Sequence record: NC_061421.1
Strand: one strand, 5' to 3'
Length of the DNA: 64,000 bases
Notes under the pieces: generated by a model
Databases searched by the model: none
The model's input: the letters and a program-made list of their open reading frames with translations, nothing else
Told to the model about the DNA's origin: nothing
In this document: positions 36,942 to 46,081 of the stretch, piece by piece
How positions within the stretch are numbered: position 1 is the first letter of the stretch
Layout: each line of letters starts with the position of its first letter
Program-made: the position numbers and the translations under genes

Positions 36942-38630
36942 TTAGTAGTGGCGCGTCAGCGAATAACGCACGGTAGCGCCATCTGCCATTTCAGCAACCA
37001 GATTGAAAGGTCCAGTGCTACGATAGATTTCAACACCAGTGTTCCCGGGGATCTGAATCCCTGCCGCAACAGAACCTTCCACTTCTTCCAGCTTATTCGC
37101 TTGGGAGAACGCTTCAACAACGCGACGGACATCGCGGAGTTCATGCGTCAGCTCTTCGGCAAACAGCGCAGATTGGTTTGAATTTTTGTCCTTAAATCCT
37201 TCGAGGACTAAAATCATACCGTGATCTGGAGTGTTGTACGTGAAGGTCTCTTTCCCGCCCCACGCTTGCGGAGAGAGGGTGATCCCAACCACTTTTACCG
37301 GACCCGTTGCATCCGTCCAATTCATCAGACGAGAACCACCTTGGTAGCTGTAGCAAGAAACGGAGTTGCGCTTCTCTTCCGAATCCCAGCGATGGATAGG
37401 TTTGGCATCGACAACCACGCGATCTGTCATCTGAACGGTGTTGAATCGCGAATAACCCGCATTGTGGAATTCGACGGTCAAAGATTGCGCCTTAGGCAAG
37501 ACCTCTACCATAAATTGCATTAGGGAAATCGCACCACCGTCAACAACCCGTTTCGCAGGGGCAACTTTCTCTTCTTTGGTTTTCAGGCCATCGAAGATGC
37601 TACCGACTTCTTCCGTCTCTTTTGCCGTCGCAGTCGGCTGCCATACCCATTCCTGAATATCGCTCACCAACGCGAAACGACGGCGGAACGCGGATTCGAT
37701 CCCGAGCGTTTTCACTAACGTTTTCGCCTTTTCCAACTGCTCCTCAGTTGGAGCTTCAGTGGCGCGCATGTAGTTAACACCTTCAATGCTTTCACGGAAT
37801 TTACGAATCGCGTATTGTTCGTGACCGCTTTGAATGTCGTCCATCAACACGCCGACGACCGTAGTGTGGAAATGAATGATGTCTTTGTTGTCAAAGTTCA
37901 TCGCTTCCCACACCAGGTTGTTTTTGATGTTGTTGTTTTTGGTGGCATTGAACTCGCGATGGAGTTTCGCCCAGGTTTTAAACCGGTTGGCGAATTTGGT
38001 GATATGTTTCAATTCACCGTGTTCGAACAGTTCAACAGCCCGCTGCACTGTTTCAGGCGCCCAGCGTGTCAGGCCACTGCGCAGGATACGAACCAGTTCA
38101 CGCCCTTCTGCTTCTTTACCTAAACGCTCTTCGTCGTTATCGTAAGTAAAGATCAGCGCAGTCGATGCACAGTTCAGTTTACCGTTGAAGTGGCGGAATT
38201 TACCAGAATGCTTCAGCGAGTAATCGGCGACGTTCTCCACGACGATGTCGGTTACCGGGCAACGGGCGACAATACGGTTCAATGCCTTAACCATCGCGTA
38301 TGCGTTGGTGTGCGGTTCGCCCTCTGCTTCGATATCAATATCGAAAGCCAGGCTCTTAGCTACGCCGTCATCGATGGTCACATATTGGCCAAATTTATTC
38401 AGCCAGCGTTCACAGGTTTTACAGCGGTACTGTTGACGCTGCTCTTCCGGAAACAGGCTCAGGTAATGTTGATACAGCGATTTGCCAGTGCTGGCTTCAA
38501 CATCGACTTTATAAATATCGTCATCGATATCGAAAAGAGAAAGGTTGTGCTCAATAATATCAACCAAAGAATCGTAAAAACGATCTTCAGCGACAACAGT
38601 TTCATTGGAAGCTACGATTTGTTCAGACAT
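36942..38630 (-). CDS. Conserved phage protein of unknown function with CxxC motif
   Basis: YLSLFP...YRCKTC...FG; NYMR...LEKAK..VKTLG...RRRFA; F..EVLPKA; strong codon bias. Confidence 0.75.
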   Translation of the reverse strand: MSEQIVASNETVVAEDRFYDSLVDIIEHNLSLFDIDDDIYKVDVEASTGKSLYQHYLSLFPEEQRQQYRCKTCERWLNKFGQYVTIDDGVAKSLAFDIDIEAEGEPHTNAYAMVKALNRIVARCPVTDIVVENVADYSLKHSGKFRHFNGKLNCASTALIFTYDNDEERLGKEAEGRELVRILRSGLTRWAPETVQRAVELFEHGELKHITKFANRFKTWAKLHREFNATKNNNIKNNLVWEAMNFDNKDIIHFHTTVVGVLMDDIQSGHEQYAIRKFRESIEGVNYMRATEAPTEEQLEKAKTLVKTLGIESAFRRRFALVSDIQEWVWQPTATAKETEEVGSIFDGLKTKEEKVAPAKRVVDGGAISLMQFMVEVLPKAQSLTVEFHNAGYSRFNTVQMTDRVVVDAKPIHRWDSEEKRNSVSCYSYQGGSRLMNWTDATGPVKVVGITLSPQAWGGKETFTYNTPDHGMILVLEGFKDKNSNQSALFAEELTHELRDVRRVVEAFSQANKLEEVEGSVAAGIQIPGNTGVEIYRSTGPFNLVAEMADGATVRYSLTRHY

Positions 38631-38684
38631 GTCATTTCCTATTTTGCAAAATAAGGGGTTTTGTTCAGAGTAATTCTAACGGGT

Positions 38685-39278
38685 TTATTTTCGGAACAGA
38701 TTTAAAAATCGGGTAAGTAAAGAAGGACGAGATTTCCGCATAACTTCAGCCCAGTACGCGCCTTCATCGACAGGGGATTTATCGGCAGCAGATGCATAAT
38801 CGGAATAATTTGCGGCGGATGCGTAATTGTCAGAGGGACTGTACTGTTTAGAATCAGTGTAGGGTCTTTTCTTTTCCTGCTTAGCGTCCTGCAGCCGTTG
38901 CCGCTGTACTGCCTCTTCAGCGATATAAGTATTTTTATTACGCATGAAATCCATCAGTGAGGCTAAAGCCAATTCCGCGCGGGCAGTGGAATTGTAGGTG
39001 ATGGAGCAATTGTTCACGTTCCGCCCATCGTTCGTTTGGAAACGGACTAGACCATCACCGTTTGACAAAGTGAACACTTCATTAGTGACCACATTCAGTG
39101 AAGCAACCGGGACCGCTATTGTAATAACGTCGCCCATAATTTCCAACTGGGTGCCGTTATCGATTATTATCCAAAAACGATTTTCCACCTGTTGAACCAG
39201 TTTCCCCAAAAAGTCCGTTCGCTCTGGAATGATCGCACCGTTTTCGTTAGGGACGTCACTACGAATGTTATCTTGCAT
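38685..39278 (-). CDS. Hypothetical protein with low-complexity C-terminal repeats
   Basis: SDNYASAANY-SDYASAADK. Confidence 0.65.
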   Translation of the reverse strand: MQDNIRSDVPNENGAIIPERTDFLGKLVQQVENRFWIIIDNGTQLEIMGDVITIAVPVASLNVVTNEVFTLSNGDGLVRFQTNDGRNVNNCSITYNSTARAELALASLMDFMRNKNTYIAEEAVQRQRLQDAKQEKKRPYTDSKQYSPSDNYASAANYSDYASAADKSPVDEGAYWAEVMRKSRPSLLTRFLNLFRK

Positions 39279-39636
39279 GAGGAAGCTCCGGGGTTAGATC
39301 GCCAACTTTAAGAACGGTAACAGCGCGGTCCTTTTTATCGTACGGGATAAAGGCTATACAGAAGTAGCGTTCTTCTTGCATCAACTGAACAATTTTCCCT
39401 TCTGATTTAATGTCCTTCCCTTCCCACTTGAGTCTCGTGATAGAGACATCGAAGTCAAAAACTAAATCCTCCGCGGGTTCTTTCTCTACTGCTACGGTTT
39501 CACTTTTGACCAGAATCTTTGTATCACCCGCGTACAGGAATATCTTACCGTCACGAATATAGAGTGTTGCTTCCGCATCGCGAAACGGTTGGAAATCAAT
39601 AAAATCCATTTCCTCAAGAATAAACGTCTTCGCCAT
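39268..39636 (-). CDS. Hypothetical protein
   Basis: 122-aa ORF. Confidence 0.65.
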   Translation of the reverse strand: MAKTFILEEMDFIDFQPFRDAEATLYIRDGKIFLYAGDTKILVKSETVAVEKEPAEDLVFDFDVSITRLKWEGKDIKSEGKIVQLMQEERYFCIAFIPYDKKDRAVTVLKVGDLTPELPHAR

Positions 39637-39639
39637 AGC

Positions 39640-39945
39640 TTAATCCGCCAGATCAATAATTTGCTCGGTAAAAGGGAACCGGTTCGCTAACATCTCCATA
39701 CAGGTTCCTACCGAATCGCCAATGAAATAGTAGTCGTAAAGCATCCCGCTCGTATGACGGTGCTTGACATGTAGTATCAGTCCTTTACGATCGGCTGCGT
39801 AAAAGTCATTAAACCACGCAGAGGTGATGTACTCACCTACACCAAACACCGCCCGTAAATAATCTTTCACCGTCATCTGTTCATTTTCCGGGAAAAATCC
39901 AAACGACTTTATCTCGAACAGTTCAAAGCGATGTTCTAATTGCAT
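39640..39945 (-). CDS. Hypothetical protein
   Basis: Start moved to MQLEH (GAGGGAG SD). Confidence 0.65.
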   Translation of the reverse strand: MQLEHRFELFEIKSFGFFPENEQMTVKDYLRAVFGVGEYITSAWFNDFYAADRKGLILHVKHRHTSGMLYDYYFIGDSVGTCMEMLANRFPFTEQIIDLAD

Positions 39946-39976
39946 GTTAACTCCCTCGTTAAAGGCCACAAAAAGA

Positions 39977-40000
39977 CTCCTGAGGCAATAACCTCAGGAG
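39977..40000. terminator. Terminator hairpin
   Basis: CTCCTGAGG / CCTCAGGAG, with U tract on the minus strand. Confidence 0.65.
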
Positions 40001-40006
40001 ACCGTA

Positions 40007-40783
40007 CTATTTACGCTTTTTCTTTTTGGATTGCCCAGAAGCGTGTTTAGACACGCGTTTAGGACGTGCCGGTGGCGCGGTGAAAAGGTTGCGTTTTCCG
40101 CCCATACTGAATCCGCCATTGAAAGAGAAGCTGGTCTGGAACTCTGAGGGCAGAGCTTCTTTAAACTTGGTTTTCCACGCCTGACGCAGCGCTACGTGAT
40201 TAACCTGAAATGTCCCTTGAACAAACCAGTCGCCCGGGTTACGCTCAATCAGCGTTTTCCCGCCGTAGGTTGCAGTGACGGTGTTCTCTTCTTGGCTGAC
40301 AACAATACTGACAACCGGGTGTTCGATCGCTGGTTTTTCTGCATTGACCAGCTCGGAAGCACTGTCTAATTCGATGTGCTTCGTTGAAAGATCTGCAGGG
40401 GTAATTTCGTGCCGATAATATTCACCGGGGTTGTCATCAACTTCAATCCCTTTCCCGAATCGTCCGGACTGAGAATGATTTTGTACCTTTTTGGTATCAG
40501 GAATAAATGCGGGTTCGTCTACGTAAATAAGACGACTCTTTTCTTTTGGTGTTTCTGCTGCAGGTAGTACTAATCTATCGTACGGGGAACGTACATGGAA
40601 ATTGAAAGGTTTTAACTCGCGACCATCGCCCAGTACGCGCTCCAATTCTTCTTCAGAAATAAACGCCGGGTCATCTACCGGAATGGTCAGGCGTGTTTGC
40701 CCGCGGCCGTGGACGTTTTGTTTTTCTGCGAGAGTTTCAGCGGTGATCACGCCTTCTACAGCTTCGATTTTTTTACTTTCCAT
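40007..40783 (-). CDS. Hypothetical protein with basic C-terminal tail
   Basis: 258-aa ORF. Confidence 0.7.
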   Translation of the reverse strand: MESKKIEAVEGVITAETLAEKQNVHGRGQTRLTIPVDDPAFISEEELERVLGDGRELKPFNFHVRSPYDRLVLPAAETPKEKSRLIYVDEPAFIPDTKKVQNHSQSGRFGKGIEVDDNPGEYYRHEITPADLSTKHIELDSASELVNAEKPAIEHPVVSIVVSQEENTVTATYGGKTLIERNPGDWFVQGTFQVNHVALRQAWKTKFKEALPSEFQTSFSFNGGFSMGGKRNLFTAPPARPKRVSKHASGQSKKKKRK

Positions 40784-40810
40784 TTTATTTTCCTTCTTTT
40801 AGAAAATTGA

Positions 40811-41143
40811 TTAACGACGACGTTTTACTTTGATCGGTTTAGCACGTACCTTCTTCTTCGGTAACGGTCGACCTTTGGCGTGCTTAGAAACACGGATCGC
40901 TTCTAATTTCTCGATTTCATAATCGATAGTTTCCCCGCTGTCGTCAGTGATTCGGTTCAACACGGTAATGTCAATGTGTTTTACCTTCACCTTTAATAAC
41001 GGGAAATGTTTCTGAAAGATTTCTGCCAGAGTATCAAAGTTAATGGTCGATGTTTTTGGATCCACTGCTTCACGGAATAAACTGTGATGAAGAGAGTGGC
41101 CTTGAGTTCTGGCAGAAAGGGTGTTCTTAATCCGTTCTTTCAC
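40811..41143 (-). CDS. Hypothetical protein with basic C-terminal tail
   Basis: 110-aa ORF with GTG start and GGAGG SD. Confidence 0.65.
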   Translation of the reverse strand: MKERIKNTLSARTQGHSLHHSLFREAVDPKTSTINFDTLAEIFQKHFPLLKVKVKHIDITVLNRITDDSGETIDYEIEKLEAIRVSKHAKGRPLPKKKVRAKPIKVKRRR

Positions 41144-41209
41144 AGGTTATCCTCCCTGTCGTTTTTATTAAAAGTTGGTTCATAATCGAGTTACCAAACT
41201 AAAAAATAA

Positions 41210-41236
41210 ATTGAGGGGATCCGAAGACCCCCTCAA
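41210..41236. terminator. Terminator hairpin
   Basis: ATTGAGGGG / CCCCTCAAT, with U tract on the minus strand. Confidence 0.65.
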
Positions 41237-41239
41237 TCG

Positions 41240-41713
41240 TTAATTTACCAAATAGAAGATAACGTCTTCAGCGAGCGTAAAGTTGGTGAGTAGGGATTCA
41301 TAAGTCTTGTCCCGACGTACGCGGCTAAAATAAAAATACGCTTCGTCTACGTAAACGTGCGTAATGGGATGTTTTCGGTACGCAGCGGTATAACCCTGTT
41401 CGTACGGTTTTCCGACGATGACCCTTAAGTCTTGCGGTATTACCCCAGCGTTACGCGTAAACCGAGACAAAAGTTCTTCTTTCATTTCACTCGTCGGGAA
41501 TAAGATGAGTGAGTGGGCAGGGTCTTTTTTAGCCCGTGAAAATATCCATTCGGTCTTTCCTGTTTGCCGCGTTGCAGTAAAGCCAATAGTGCGACACTCC
41601 CGAAGTAAAATCGGTCGCCGCCAATCACAACGTTTGGCCTGCTCAGAATTCTCTGAGATAAGCGTCTTTTCTAATACCTGCGCAATTGATTCAAAATCGT
41701 TTTTATTTGCCAT
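41240..41713 (-). CDS. Small P-loop NTPase domain protein
   Basis: TRQTGKT Walker A and HVYVDEA Walker B. Confidence 0.7.
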   Translation of the reverse strand: MANKNDFESIAQVLEKTLISENSEQAKRCDWRRPILLRECRTIGFTATRQTGKTEWIFSRAKKDPAHSLILFPTSEMKEELLSRFTRNAGVIPQDLRVIVGKPYEQGYTAAYRKHPITHVYVDEAYFYFSRVRRDKTYESLLTNFTLAEDVIFYLVN

Positions 41714-41731
41714 GGTGTATTTTGCCTTTTG

Positions 41732-42067
41732 TTACAGTGAATGGAACCAACCTTCATTATCTGGTTCCGAAGAAAACTCAAAGTTCACAAACTCTTTCCC
41801 TTTTGCAAACTCTGCAAAGGTATCCGTACCAATCCAAAATCCCCGGCGTTTCAACTCATATTGGTCGCCATTTAAACGAAAAGATACTTTCCCTTCATTA
41901 GCGTCAAACTCCGCGTCAATCCATTCGCCATCAGTCATTCCTTTAAACGCAGACGTAAAACGAAAGAAGCCTGACTTATACAGACTACCGATTAGTTTCC
42001 CGCCTCGTGAATTACCAATATTTTTTGGCGTAGAAAGAAAACGAAGGTTGTTTAAATCTAACTTCAT
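41732..42067 (-). CDS. Hypothetical protein
   Basis: Start moved to MKLDL. Confidence 0.65.
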   Translation of the reverse strand: MKLDLNNLRFLSTPKNIGNSRGGKLIGSLYKSGFFRFTSAFKGMTDGEWIDAEFDANEGKVSFRLNGDQYELKRRGFWIGTDTFAEFAKGKEFVNFEFSSEPDNEGWFHSL

Positions 42068-42078
42068 TTCCTCTCCCC

Positions 42079-42405
42079 TCAATCAAGAAACTCTATTGAA
42101 AAAGTCCCTTCTTCTCGATTATAACCCACGAAAAAACGGACACCATTGGCTTTCAAGATATTACTCAAGGCAACAACCGCGGTTGTCGAATCGTCGCGGC
42201 CAAACAACGGGTTTGAAATCGTATTCTGTAATTCCCAGAAAGGGTCACCCGATTTCTTTTTTCGTTTCCACCGAGAACGAAAGGTAACCGGTTGTTTTTG
42301 CCAAAGGTATAACGGTCCTTTATTCGTTTGGACTGTCAACGAACGAATAAAGGTTGCGTCCGTATATTCTTTGCCAAATAGAAACGTTTTTATTTTTTCC
42401 AACAT
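42079..42405 (-). CDS. Hypothetical protein
   Basis: 108-aa ORF. Confidence 0.6.
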   Translation of the reverse strand: MLEKIKTFLFGKEYTDATFIRSLTVQTNKGPLYLWQKQPVTFRSRWKRKKKSGDPFWELQNTISNPLFGRDDSTTAVVALSNILKANGVRFFVGYNREEGTFSIEFLD

Positions 42406-42639
42406 TTATAGCTCCTTAGAAACAGATTTCGTCAGTGTCTGAATTTGCTCCAGAACACAGAGGTCGTTTTGAATAGATTCGACACTGATACCGTAGAAAT
42501 GCGCTATTTCCTCAGTGCGCATTCCGTTCTTGACGCCTTGTTGAATGAGTTTAGCAATACTCGGATTTTCTATCTTTGCGAGTAGCGCGTCGAAGTTGTT
42601 GAGGTAATCCTTATACGCGTTACGATCCATTAGAAACAT
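42406..42639 (-). CDS. Small HTH protein
   Basis: GMRTEEIAHFYGISVESIQ. Confidence 0.6.
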   Translation of the reverse strand: MFLMDRNAYKDYLNNFDALLAKIENPSIAKLIQQGVKNGMRTEEIAHFYGISVESIQNDLCVLEQIQTLTKSVSKEL

Positions 42640-43009
42640 CCTTTAAACGGCTTCTGGCAATGTCAGACCAACCGTGTTCACGAAAAAGACGGTCTAAAGT
42701 GGCGCTATACTCGTTTATCTTTGCCTGCAGCTCAATAGCCTCTGCAATTTTAACAGGGTCGTCAGGAATCAGAAAATCTTCTCTGATCAAAAACCAACCA
42801 GATAGCCCCTCTATTTTGACGACGAGGGAGTCAGGTAGCCCGACTCTTTTAACTCCGGGTACCCGATCGACTTCTTTAAAAACTTTCGTTACAAAAGGCG
42901 TAATATTAATAGCCTTTATACCCGTCCAGGTTTTACCAATTTTTCTTACTTTGGAAATCGTATCAGTGACGATAACTTTGTTCATAATCTTTTCCTCTTT
43001 ACTCGCCAT
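42620..43009 (-). CDS. Hypothetical protein
   Basis: 129-aa ORF. Confidence 0.6.
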   Translation of the reverse strand: MASKEEKIMNKVIVTDTISKVRKIGKTWTGIKAINITPFVTKVFKEVDRVPGVKRVGLPDSLVVKIEGLSGWFLIREDFLIPDDPVKIAEAIELQAKINEYSATLDRLFREHGWSDIARSRLKDVSNGS

Positions 43010-43011
43010 TA

Positions 43012-43455
43012 CTATTTCCTCACCTGAATACTATTAACCCACTTCTCATCCTCAGTTATTGGATAGAACTCCGTCGTTTTAATTTTACCGATTAAAGATA
43101 ACCAACGTAAATACGTTTCATCATCTACAAATAAAACCGCATTTTTTCTTTGATTAAATTCATCAGGGATTACCCTACTAATCCCACGCGTAGGAAACGG
43201 AAGAGATTTGATTAACCGCCGTTGGTTAACTTCAATCTTTACTTGTTCTATACCTCGCGAAGCTTCGTCGACCGTTGGGATATAACCAGTTTCAGCCTGA
43301 ACAAACGGTTTTATTTCAGGGCGATCAAAGTATCTGAGGCGTTCTTGCTTCGTCCAGTTTACTTTTCGATCTAGAAAAGCAATAATCGATTTGTCAGTAA
43401 AACCGAGAATAAATCCTAATCTAGTGCAATGGCGTAAATTACCCAGATTTAACAT
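43012..43455 (-). CDS. Hypothetical protein
   Basis: 147-aa ORF with TAATG overlap and GGAGG SD. Confidence 0.6.
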   Translation of the reverse strand: MLNLGNLRHCTRLGFILGFTDKSIIAFLDRKVNWTKQERLRYFDRPEIKPFVQAETGYIPTVDEASRGIEQVKIEVNQRRLIKSLPFPTRGISRVIPDEFNQRKNAVLFVDDETYLRWLSLIGKIKTTEFYPITEDEKWVNSIQVRK

Positions 43456-44453
43456 TACACCTCCTTATTCAACCCAGAAACGATAGTGGCGCGGATCCAT
43501 TTGAATTTCAGCTTTCGTACCCCGTTGACAACAGGACCGACCCAATACCCATGCCAATGGGCACGGCGAATATGCGCTGCTCTTCCGTAAGTCTTTTGTC
43601 CTTTCTTTCGCTTCTCCATTTCTTCCAGGTAATCAAACCCTACTGGAAACTTACGATGCGCATTCAGGAAACGCAAGCTGTAGTGTTTACCCGAACGTTT
43701 CATTTTGGTTAAACGAAAGGTGTTACGGAAATCAGCAGCGTCTTGCTGGTCATATTCCTGCGCGACGAATAAAGCCACATTTAACAGCTTCGTGTACGTT
43801 TCACGATAACCGTCACGCATGAGAATACCTGCCGCCTCTTCTGCGTCAAGGTTGTGCTCCTTCGCAGCACGAACAATCGTAGGGTCAGAAGCAATGACTT
43901 CTTCCAACGTCAACCCTTCATCGAACGGAAAGAAGAGCGTTTGCGGGAATCCACCGTCGTTATACGGGTAGACGATAGTCAACCCTTCTTTCCCGCTCCA
44001 ATGTGTAACCGTGGAGAGGAAAATCCCTTCAATGAGCGGTTCCTCCGGGAGTGGGTGCTTGATAGGGCAAGCTGAAAGGTCGACGTACCCCGTCCAATGA
44101 GGAATGGTTTTCAGAACGGTTAGCGGCAATTTACCGTTGAACTCGGAGTCCAGCACATCTGCCAATAATTCAGAAGGGATTTGATATTCCGGTTTCGTGA
44201 TTTGCCAGCAGTAGGTCATACTCGCGTGCCAGAACATTTCCCGGTAGTATGGATTACTGAAATCGATTCCCTTTGGGAACCCTTTATTTTCACCCCATAT
44301 TTCCAATGGGTAAAAATACGGTGGGATTTCCCCTTTCGTTTCCGTAAGGATGCGATTGAAGAAATCTTTTGCGTCCCACGCCCTCAAGCGCGGGAGTAAG
44401 GTTTTTTCTACGGTTTCAAGAATGTTCACGGAATCTTTTCTCCATTCCTTCAT
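43455..44453 (-). CDS. AcrVA2/FinQ-family protein
   Basis: WQIT...YQI...LP......IPHWTGYVDLS core and C-terminal HIRRAHWHGYWVG...KW; colinear with my recollection of AcrVA2; alternative GTG start at 44429. Confidence 0.72.
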   Translation of the reverse strand: MKEWRKDSVNILETVEKTLLPRLRAWDAKDFFNRILTETKGEIPPYFYPLEIWGENKGFPKGIDFSNPYYREMFWHASMTYCWQITKPEYQIPSELLADVLDSEFNGKLPLTVLKTIPHWTGYVDLSACPIKHPLPEEPLIEGIFLSTVTHWSGKEGLTIVYPYNDGGFPQTLFFPFDEGLTLEEVIASDPTIVRAAKEHNLDAEEAAGILMRDGYRETYTKLLNVALFVAQEYDQQDAADFRNTFRLTKMKRSGKHYSLRFLNAHRKFPVGFDYLEEMEKRKKGQKTYGRAAHIRRAHWHGYWVGPVVNGVRKLKFKWIRATIVSGLNKEV

Positions 44454-44979
44454 CTACGTGCCAACAAAACAGAGAGAAAAAATGCTCTTCCATAGATTGC
44501 GGCAATAATGAGAAATTAGCGGGAGTGACGATATTGTATTTTTTCTTGTTCGATAGAGCGACGATAAAATGACTCTTGGTAACTCTAACCGAAACAATCT
44601 CGTGGCCATACATCTTATTAATTTGTTTGCCATCTCTTATTCGGAGCCCGACAATTCCTTGCCCTATGCGTAATCCATTTTTAGAGGAAGGAACAATCCA
44701 GTCCCCTTGACGATTTTTGAAGAAATTCCACCAAAGACTCACCGGGATAAACCAATGAGCATCTTTAAGATTTCTTCCCGTATGATAAGAGATAGCCTCG
44801 TACATTTCCTTTTGCGTTAAAGTCGTCCCCTCTTGGTCAGGGGTATTTATTTTTACTCCCATTTTTTCAGAGTAAACAAACATGATGATAGAGTTATCGC
44901 GAAGAAATAAATTTTCGCTTACCCACTTACCATACTCTATCTCTAACTCAAGAACTTTTTCTGCTGTACTCTTTTCCAT
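44416..44979 (-). CDS. Hypothetical protein
   Basis: 187-aa ORF. Confidence 0.65.
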   Translation of the reverse strand: MEKSTAEKVLELEIEYGKWVSENLFLRDNSIIMFVYSEKMGVKINTPDQEGTTLTQKEMYEAISYHTGRNLKDAHWFIPVSLWWNFFKNRQGDWIVPSSKNGLRIGQGIVGLRIRDGKQINKMYGHEIVSVRVTKSHFIVALSNKKKYNIVTPANFSLLPQSMEEHFFSLFCWHVDEGMEKRFREHS

Positions 44980-45005
44980 TTTTTACCCGATCAGTGCTAA
45001 TTACA

Positions 45006-45194
45006 TTAGACGTCTAACGTGGGGTTCCACCAAGTAGCAAGTCTGTCCAAATCTTTGACCACTTTGGCAGCCTGCCTTGCCGGGATACGGTACTTTCTGG
45101 CTACCCGGCGTTTTGCGCTTTGTACAGTAGTCATGCAGGTGGAAAGGTCGTAGGTGACCAAGTTATCTATTTTCTTGCGTAAAGATTCTTTCAT
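45006..45194 (-). CDS. Small basic protein
   Basis: 62-aa ORF with GGAG SD. Confidence 0.6.
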   Translation of the reverse strand: MKESLRKKIDNLVTYDLSTCMTTVQSAKRRVARKYRIPARQAAKVVKDLDRLATWWNPTLDV

Positions 45195-45210
45195 TTTATT
45201 ACTCCTTTAA

Positions 45211-45486
45211 TCATTTATCGTTAATGATAACGAATGGATCATTACTTTTTTCTAATACTTGCTTACGTGTGTATAGCGTGGGATCGAAGTTAGACACCGA
45301 TACGTATACGCCGTTGCCGAAATCGGCATAGCAGCCATCACTGTAAATAACCTCTACATCACTGTATAACTTTGCGCGAAGTTTACATTGCTCGATTTCT
45401 TTTTCTTTCTTCGCGGACAATAGATACGGAGTGAATCCTAGCATCACAACAACAGCTACCCCTAAGAAAATAATTAATTTATTCAT
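45211..45486 (-). CDS. Membrane-anchored protein
   Basis: N-terminal hydrophobic helix; two Cys. Confidence 0.6.
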   Translation of the reverse strand: MNKLIIFLGVAVVVMLGFTPYLLSAKKEKEIEQCKLRAKLYSDVEVIYSDGCYADFGNGVYVSVSNFDPTLYTRKQVLEKSNDPFVIINDK

Positions 45487-45746
45487 TACATTTTTCCTTT
45501 AATGGTTTGGTATAACCGATCGAGGTTGTCACTGATGAGTTTCCCACGCGAAATAGTAATCGGCTTAGTCCTTGAATCGTAAAAGGTTATTTCTAATACG
45601 ACGAACGGAATCGTCCCGAGCCGCCCTTTAAAACTACGGTCTACAATAGACCGCCGAATCGTTTTAATATCGCGAATGAATAAGCAATAATAATTTTCTC
45701 CGTCAGTAATATCCACTTTCCCATTAAGTACCGTAAAGTTTGGCAT
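45486..45746 (-). CDS. Hypothetical protein
   Basis: 86-aa ORF with TAATG overlap. Confidence 0.6.
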   Translation of the reverse strand: MPNFTVLNGKVDITDGENYYCLFIRDIKTIRRSIVDRSFKGRLGTIPFVVLEITFYDSRTKPITISRGKLISDNLDRLYQTIKGKM

Positions 45747-45755
45747 AGTTTTCTC

Positions 45756-46079
45756 TTAGTGAAATAATTCGATTAAAGGAACGGTAACAGACAGAGTTTT
45801 TTTCGGTTTATTTCTGTGGTTTCCAACGCCAAAAGCCCTTAGTTTAACGCTGTCTTCCGTGTGGAAACGAAGCGACTGTAAATCCAGTAACATTCTTTCG
45901 ACAGCCCGCTCATTAGCTCTCGACCAAGTCAGAGTCGCAACGGTCTGACCGTTAAGAAGAGTTTCAAGACAAACTTGGTAAGAGTATTCCTTTTTTATAT
46001 TTTCTTTAACTATTTGCTCAATAGCGACTATCAGCCCCTGAAAAGCAGGAACCTCTTCTAAGCGAGGAACGCGTTTCAA
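45756..46079 (-). CDS. Hypothetical protein
   Basis: 107-aa ORF with TTG start. Confidence 0.55.
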   Translation of the reverse strand: MKRVPRLEEVPAFQGLIVAIEQIVKENIKKEYSYQVCLETLLNGQTVATLTWSRANERAVERMLLDLQSLRFHTEDSVKLRAFGVGNHRNKPKKTLSVTVPLIELFH

Positions 46080-46081
46080 GC

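Noticed and set aside
36948-38654. Cluster of plus-strand and alternative-frame ORFs over the 562-aa gene
   Set aside because: Shadow frames with no SD or motifs; the same applies to those over NAMPT, AAA, RtcB and TS
41418-42287. 289-aa plus-strand ORF
   Set aside because: Antisense to three well-packed minus-strand genes; Ser/Arg/Pro-rich with no motifs
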